A DNA stretch of 63,093 nucleotides, counting the filler, from Myxococcota bacterium (lineage in GTDB: Bacteria; Myxococcota_C; UBA6777): the NCBI GenBank assembly GCA_023150835.1. It is 3 parts of 3 records of this genome, joined end to end, with 100 filler letters (N's around TTAATTAATTAA, not from the genome) between each part and the next. Parts side by side here need not be neighbours in the genome. Positions count along the whole stretch, not along the records: positions 51,898 to 63,093 come from JAKLKB010000171.1; 2 more parts are not named here. One strand, 5' to 3'. The notes below the pieces were generated by a model. That model had not been told where the DNA came from and ran no database searches. It worked only from the letters and a program-made list of their open reading frames with translations. Both the position numbers and the translations under genes were made by a program. This document shows, in pieces, positions 59,191 to 63,093 of this stretch. The first letter of the stretch is position 1. Each line of letters starts with the position of its first letter.

Positions 59191-59305
59191 GGTTGACAAA
59201 AACCCGTGCTCGCGCCCTTGGTGCAACGCTTGTTGAGACTCGTCAAGGACTTCACGCAGCAGGTTGACAAAAACCCCATGTTCGCGCCACTTCACGCAGC
59301 AGGGT
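59191..59305. repeat. Direct repeats upstream of sdh operon
   Basis: ggttgacaaaaaccc..g.tcgcgcc at 59191 and 59262; acttcacgcagcagg at 59249 and 59289. Confidence 0.65.
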
Positions 59306-59619
59306 TGTTGATCTGAAAACGTCTGTTCACCCCGCTAACACGGGGCAAACGGCTGTCTCCCCTTGTCGGGCGTGGGATGAAACTCCACACCTCTGTCCGT
59401 CTGCGCAAATTCCATATCTACCTGATCCGCAAAAAAAAAGCATCGCTCTGTGCGTGGCTATCCCCCACCGCGATGGCGTAAAGCAACTTGCAAAGCCAAC
59501 AAAAACGTGTATGTTGCACAAGAACAAACGGGGGCTTGTGCGATCCAAGCCACCCGCAGCGCTCGAAACCCAAGCGTGTCAAGTGTTTCGGAGCCTACAC
59601 GCGAAGAAAGGAGTTCATC

Positions 59620-60306
59620 TTGAGCTGGTTGACTCGCACTTTTACCTCTTCTGTCGGGAAGAAATTCTTGGCAGGTCTCACCGGCCTCGGTATGTTTCTG
59701 TTCCTTATTGCCCATGTAACGGGCAACTTGACCCTCTTTATGAAGACCAAAGTCGGCCAAGATCCCGCCTTCAACGCCTACGCCAAAAAATTGCATGATC
59801 TCCCCGGCTTTGCTCTCGCAGAAGCCCTGATCTTGCTCGCTTTTGCCGCACACGTCGTCCTCGTGATCTGGCTGTCTTACACCAACCGCCTCGCTCGCGG
59901 CGAACAACGCTACGCTGAAGTTCGCAGCAAACAAGACCCCCAAAATCAATTGGCCTTGTTCGCAAGCAAAACCACCCTACTCGGCGGCATGATCATCTTG
60001 GTGTTTTTGGTCGTCCACATGGCCGACTTCCGTATGGCGCGCTTCATGGACGGCAACTTGATCACCCAAGCCAAAGTCGTCAGCGCCCTCCAAGTCCCAT
60101 GGCGCGCCTTCTTGTACGCGATCGCCAGCCTTCTCGTCGGATGGCACCTCTTCCACGGCATCCAAAGCGGTTTTCGTTCGTTGGGCATGCGTCACCCCCG
60201 ATACATGACCTACATCCAAAAATTCGGAGTGATCGCTGCAGTCTTGATCGGCGCATTGTTTGCGTCGATGCCTATCGCGATCTTTGTCGGTTTTATCACA
60301 AAGTGA
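59620..60306 (+). CDS. sdhC: Succinate dehydrogenase cytochrome b subunit
   Basis: SSVGKK..AGLTG, H..GN, conserved His ligands, HL.HG..S.F.SLG; TTG start after AAGGAG. Confidence 0.92.
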   Translation: MSWLTRTFTSSVGKKFLAGLTGLGMFLFLIAHVTGNLTLFMKTKVGQDPAFNAYAKKLHDLPGFALAEALILLAFAAHVVLVIWLSYTNRLARGEQRYAEVRSKQDPQNQLALFASKTTLLGGMIILVFLVVHMADFRMARFMDGNLITQAKVVSALQVPWRAFLYAIASLLVGWHLFHGIQSGFRSLGMRHPRYMTYIQKFGVIAAVLIGALFASMPIAIFVGFITK

Positions 60307-60362
60307 TCTGATGCGCTCCACCATCCACACGCGCACAGAAACAAACACAAGGGTGTTGAGGC

Positions 60363-62276
60363 ATGATCCTAGATCCAAGAACTCCAAGCGGCCCTCTCGA
60401 TCAACGTTGGGCCAAAGCCAAAGAAGAAATGCGTCTCGTTGGACCCATCAACCGACGCAAATTCAAAGTCATCATCGTCGGAACCGGACTCGCCGGAGCT
60501 TCCGCTGCCGCCTCCTTGGGACAACAAGGCTACGATGTCCACTGCTTTACTTTCCACGATAGCCCTCGCCGCGCTCACAGTATCGCCGCACAAGGCGGTA
60601 TCAACGCCGCCAAAAACTACCAAAACGACGGCGATAGCACGTGGCGTCTGTTCTACGACACCATCAAAGGCGGCGACTTCCGCGCCCGTGAGTCCAACGT
60701 CTACCGCCTCGCTCAAAACAGCACCAACATCATCGACCAATGTGTCGCTCAAGGCGTCCCTTTTGCCCGTGAATACGGCGGAACCTTGGCCAACCGCACC
60801 TTCGGCGGCGTCCTCGTCTCCCGTACCTTCTATGCTCGCGGTCAAACAGGACAACAACTCCTCCTCGGCGCTTACAGCAGCTTGATGCGCGAAGTCCACG
60901 AACAACGCGTCAAACTCTACACCCGCCACGAGATGCACGACCTGATCGTCAAAGACGGCGTCGCCCAAGGCATCGTCACCCGCAACCTCATGACGGGCGA
61001 AGTCGAAGCTCACACCGCGCACGCTGTCCTCCTTTGCACGGGCGGTTACACCAACGTCTATTATCTCTCCACCACCGCTATGGCCTCCAACGTCTCGGCA
61101 ACTTGGCGTGCCTACAAACGCGGCGCTTACTTTGGCAACCCTTGCTACGTCCAGATCCACCCGACTTGTATCCCTGTCTCTGGACACTACCAATCCAAAC
61201 TCACCCTCATGAGCGAAAGTCTCCGTAACGTCGGACGCATCTGGGTCCCCCGTACTCCCGGGGACAAACGCCATCCCAACGACATCCCCGAAGCCGAGCG
61301 CATCTACTTCCTCGAAGAACGCTATCCCACCTACTCCAACATGGTCCCCCGTGACGTCGCCTCCCGCAACTGCAAAGAATACTGCGACAAAGGCCACGGC
61401 GTCGGGGCCAGCGGCGACTCCGTTTACCTCGACTTCCGCGAAGCCATCGCCAAAGAAGGCGAACCCACCATCCGCTCCAAATACGGCAACCTCTTCGATA
61501 TGTACCACAAGATCATGGGCGAAGATCCTTACAAACAACCCATGAAGATCTATCCCGGACCCCACTACGTCATGGGGGGCCTCTGGGTCGACTATCACCT
61601 CATGTCCAATATCCCCGGACTCTTCGTCCTCGGCGAAGCCAACTTCTCCGATCACGGTGCCAACCGCCTCGGCGCAAGCGCACTCATGCAAGGTCTCTCT
61701 GATGGATACTTTGTCGCCCCCTACACCGTCAGCAACTACCTCGCAAACAAAATGAACACACTACCCCTCTCCACTTCCGACGACGCTTGCAAACAAGCCA
61801 TCGACGACACCCGCAACCTCATCGATCGCTTCCTCAAAGCCAAAGGAAACCAGTCCTCCGAAAGTTTCCATCGTCGCCTCGGTAAAATCCTCTTCGACAA
61901 AGTCGGCATCAGCCGCACCAAACAAGGACTCCAAGAAGCCATCAAAGAGATCCAAGATCTTCGCGAAGACTTCTGGAACAATGTCCGCGTCCCCGGTGAT
62001 GCAAGCTATGTCAACCAAGAACTCGAAAAAGCGGGCCGTATCATCGACTTTATCGAATTTGGTGAGCTCATGGCCCGTGACGCCCTCCACCGCGAAGAAT
62101 CTTGCGGCGGACACTTCCGCGCTGAACACCAGATCGACGGAGAAGCCAAACGCGACGATGACAACTTCGCCTACGCTGCCGCTTGGCAATTCAACGGCCT
62201 CGACAAAGAACCCACCGTCCACAAAGACGAACTGAAGTTCGAGTCCGTGAAGTTGACACAAAGGAGCTACAAGTAA
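60363..62276 (+). CDS. sdhA: Succinate dehydrogenase/fumarate reductase flavoprotein subunit
   Basis: [41 protein letters not shown]. Confidence 0.96.
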   Translation: MILDPRTPSGPLDQRWAKAKEEMRLVGPINRRKFKVIIVGTGLAGASAAASLGQQGYDVHCFTFHDSPRRAHSIAAQGGINAAKNYQNDGDSTWRLFYDTIKGGDFRARESNVYRLAQNSTNIIDQCVAQGVPFAREYGGTLANRTFGGVLVSRTFYARGQTGQQLLLGAYSSLMREVHEQRVKLYTRHEMHDLIVKDGVAQGIVTRNLMTGEVEAHTAHAVLLCTGGYTNVYYLSTTAMASNVSATWRAYKRGAYFGNPCYVQIHPTCIPVSGHYQSKLTLMSESLRNVGRIWVPRTPGDKRHPNDIPEAERIYFLEERYPTYSNMVPRDVASRNCKEYCDKGHGVGASGDSVYLDFREAIAKEGEPTIRSKYGNLFDMYHKIMGEDPYKQPMKIYPGPHYVMGGLWVDYHLMSNIPGLFVLGEANFSDHGANRLGASALMQGLSDGYFVAPYTVSNYLANKMNTLPLSTSDDACKQAIDDTRNLIDRFLKAKGNQSSESFHRRLGKILFDKVGISRTKQGLQEAIKEIQDLREDFWNNVRVPGDASYVNQELEKAGRIIDFIEFGELMARDALHREESCGGHFRAEHQIDGEAKRDDDNFAYAAAWQFNGLDKEPTVHKDELKFESVKLTQRSYK

Positions 62277-63037
62277 TGTCCAACAGCATCAAGCTGACGC
62301 TCAATATCTGGCGACAAGCCAATCGCCACGCCAAAGGTCGCTTCGAAACCTACCAACCCAAGGACCTTACCACCGATATGTCCATCCTTGAGATGCTCGA
62401 TTGTCTCAACGATGAACTGATCGCCGCTGGCAAAGAACCCGTCACCTTTGAACACGATTGCCGCGAAGGCATCTGCGGAACCTGCGGCATCATGATCAAC
62501 GGCATGGCTCATGGTCCCGACCGTGGCACCACCACCTGCCAACTTTACCTCCGCCGCTTCAAAGACGGTGACACCCTTGTCCTCGAACCTTGGCGCGCCA
62601 AAGCCTTCCCCGTGATCAAAGATCTGCTTGTCGACCGCTCCGCCTTTGACCGCATCCAGATGGCGGGTGGTTACATCTCCGTCAACGTCGGAAACGCTCC
62701 CGAAGCCAACTCCATCCTCATCCCCAAAGATGTCGCCCTCGAAGCCTTCGATGCCGCCGTCTGCATCGGCTGTGGCGCTTGCGTCGCCGCCTGCAAAAAC
62801 GCCTCCGCCATGCTCTTTGTCTCCGCAAAAGTCGGACACCTCTCCCTCATGCCCCAAGGACACCCCGAACGCCACGACCGCGCCCTCAATATGATCGCTC
62901 AAATGGACGCCGAAGGCTTCGGTTCTTGCACCAATACCCTCGAATGTTCCGCCGCTTGCCCCAAAGAGATATCCCCCAAATGGATCCAACGCCTCAACGG
63001 CGAATACATCCAAGCCGCCGCTGTCACCCGCCGTTAA
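62276..63037 (+). CDS. sdhB: Succinate dehydrogenase iron-sulfur subunit
   Basis: [16 protein letters not shown]...C, CTN..EC...CP; TAATG overlap with sdhA. Confidence 0.96.
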   Translation: MSNSIKLTLNIWRQANRHAKGRFETYQPKDLTTDMSILEMLDCLNDELIAAGKEPVTFEHDCREGICGTCGIMINGMAHGPDRGTTTCQLYLRRFKDGDTLVLEPWRAKAFPVIKDLLVDRSAFDRIQMAGGYISVNVGNAPEANSILIPKDVALEAFDAAVCIGCGACVAACKNASAMLFVSAKVGHLSLMPQGHPERHDRALNMIAQMDAEGFGSCTNTLECSAACPKEISPKWIQRLNGEYIQAAAVTRR

Positions 63038-63042
63038 TCCCC

Positions 63043-63093
63043 CCCCTGCTTTTTCTACACTTTTTCTTTCCCCTGCTTTTTCTACACTTTTTC
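63043..63093. repeat. 27-bp pyrimidine-rich tandem repeat at window end
   Basis: ccctgctttttctacactttttc x2. Confidence 0.7.

Noticed and set aside
60369-63013. Long antisense ORFs (also 8584-9504, 49799-51157, 56398-57345)
   Set aside because: Shadow frames of well-supported genes caused by codon bias; no recognisable motifs

Overview
Bacterial scaffold of three contigs joined by two artificial 100-nt gaps (N-runs with a TTAATTAATTAA linker at 22214-22313 and 51798-51897), so adjacency across the gaps is unproven. Gene content (BatD, PEGA, DUF4388, DUF2330, Sel1, Cys-rich lipoprotein) suggests a Myxococcota-like deltaproteobacterium (inference). Most of the window is housekeeping or metabolic: YqeY, BamD, a KamA-type radical SAM enzyme, an Ntn acylase, nucleoside phosphorylases, a CCA-adding enzyme, MoxR-DUF58-transglutaminase, a lipid-modification-like cluster, an HSP90-family ATPase, a PEPCK-like enzyme and sdhCAB. 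The accessory region (22314-28660) holds an AT-rich putative immunity gene and an orphan Rhs core cut by an IS982 remnant. It also holds a ~4.5 kb co-oriented module downstream of tRNA-Asn: Zn-ribbon protein, unknown ORFs, an ECF-like sigma factor with an in-frame TGA, an intact Cre-like tyrosine recombinase and an SF2 helicase. The most striking non-coding signal is a dispersed ~120-nt three-hairpin repeat family (6 full copies plus fragments) that keeps its fold while loops and arms vary. There are also a ~230-bp MITE-like element, GTAG-type REPs and many local tandem repeats. No CRISPR array or rRNA was found. All product calls come from motif recognition by eye, not database searches.
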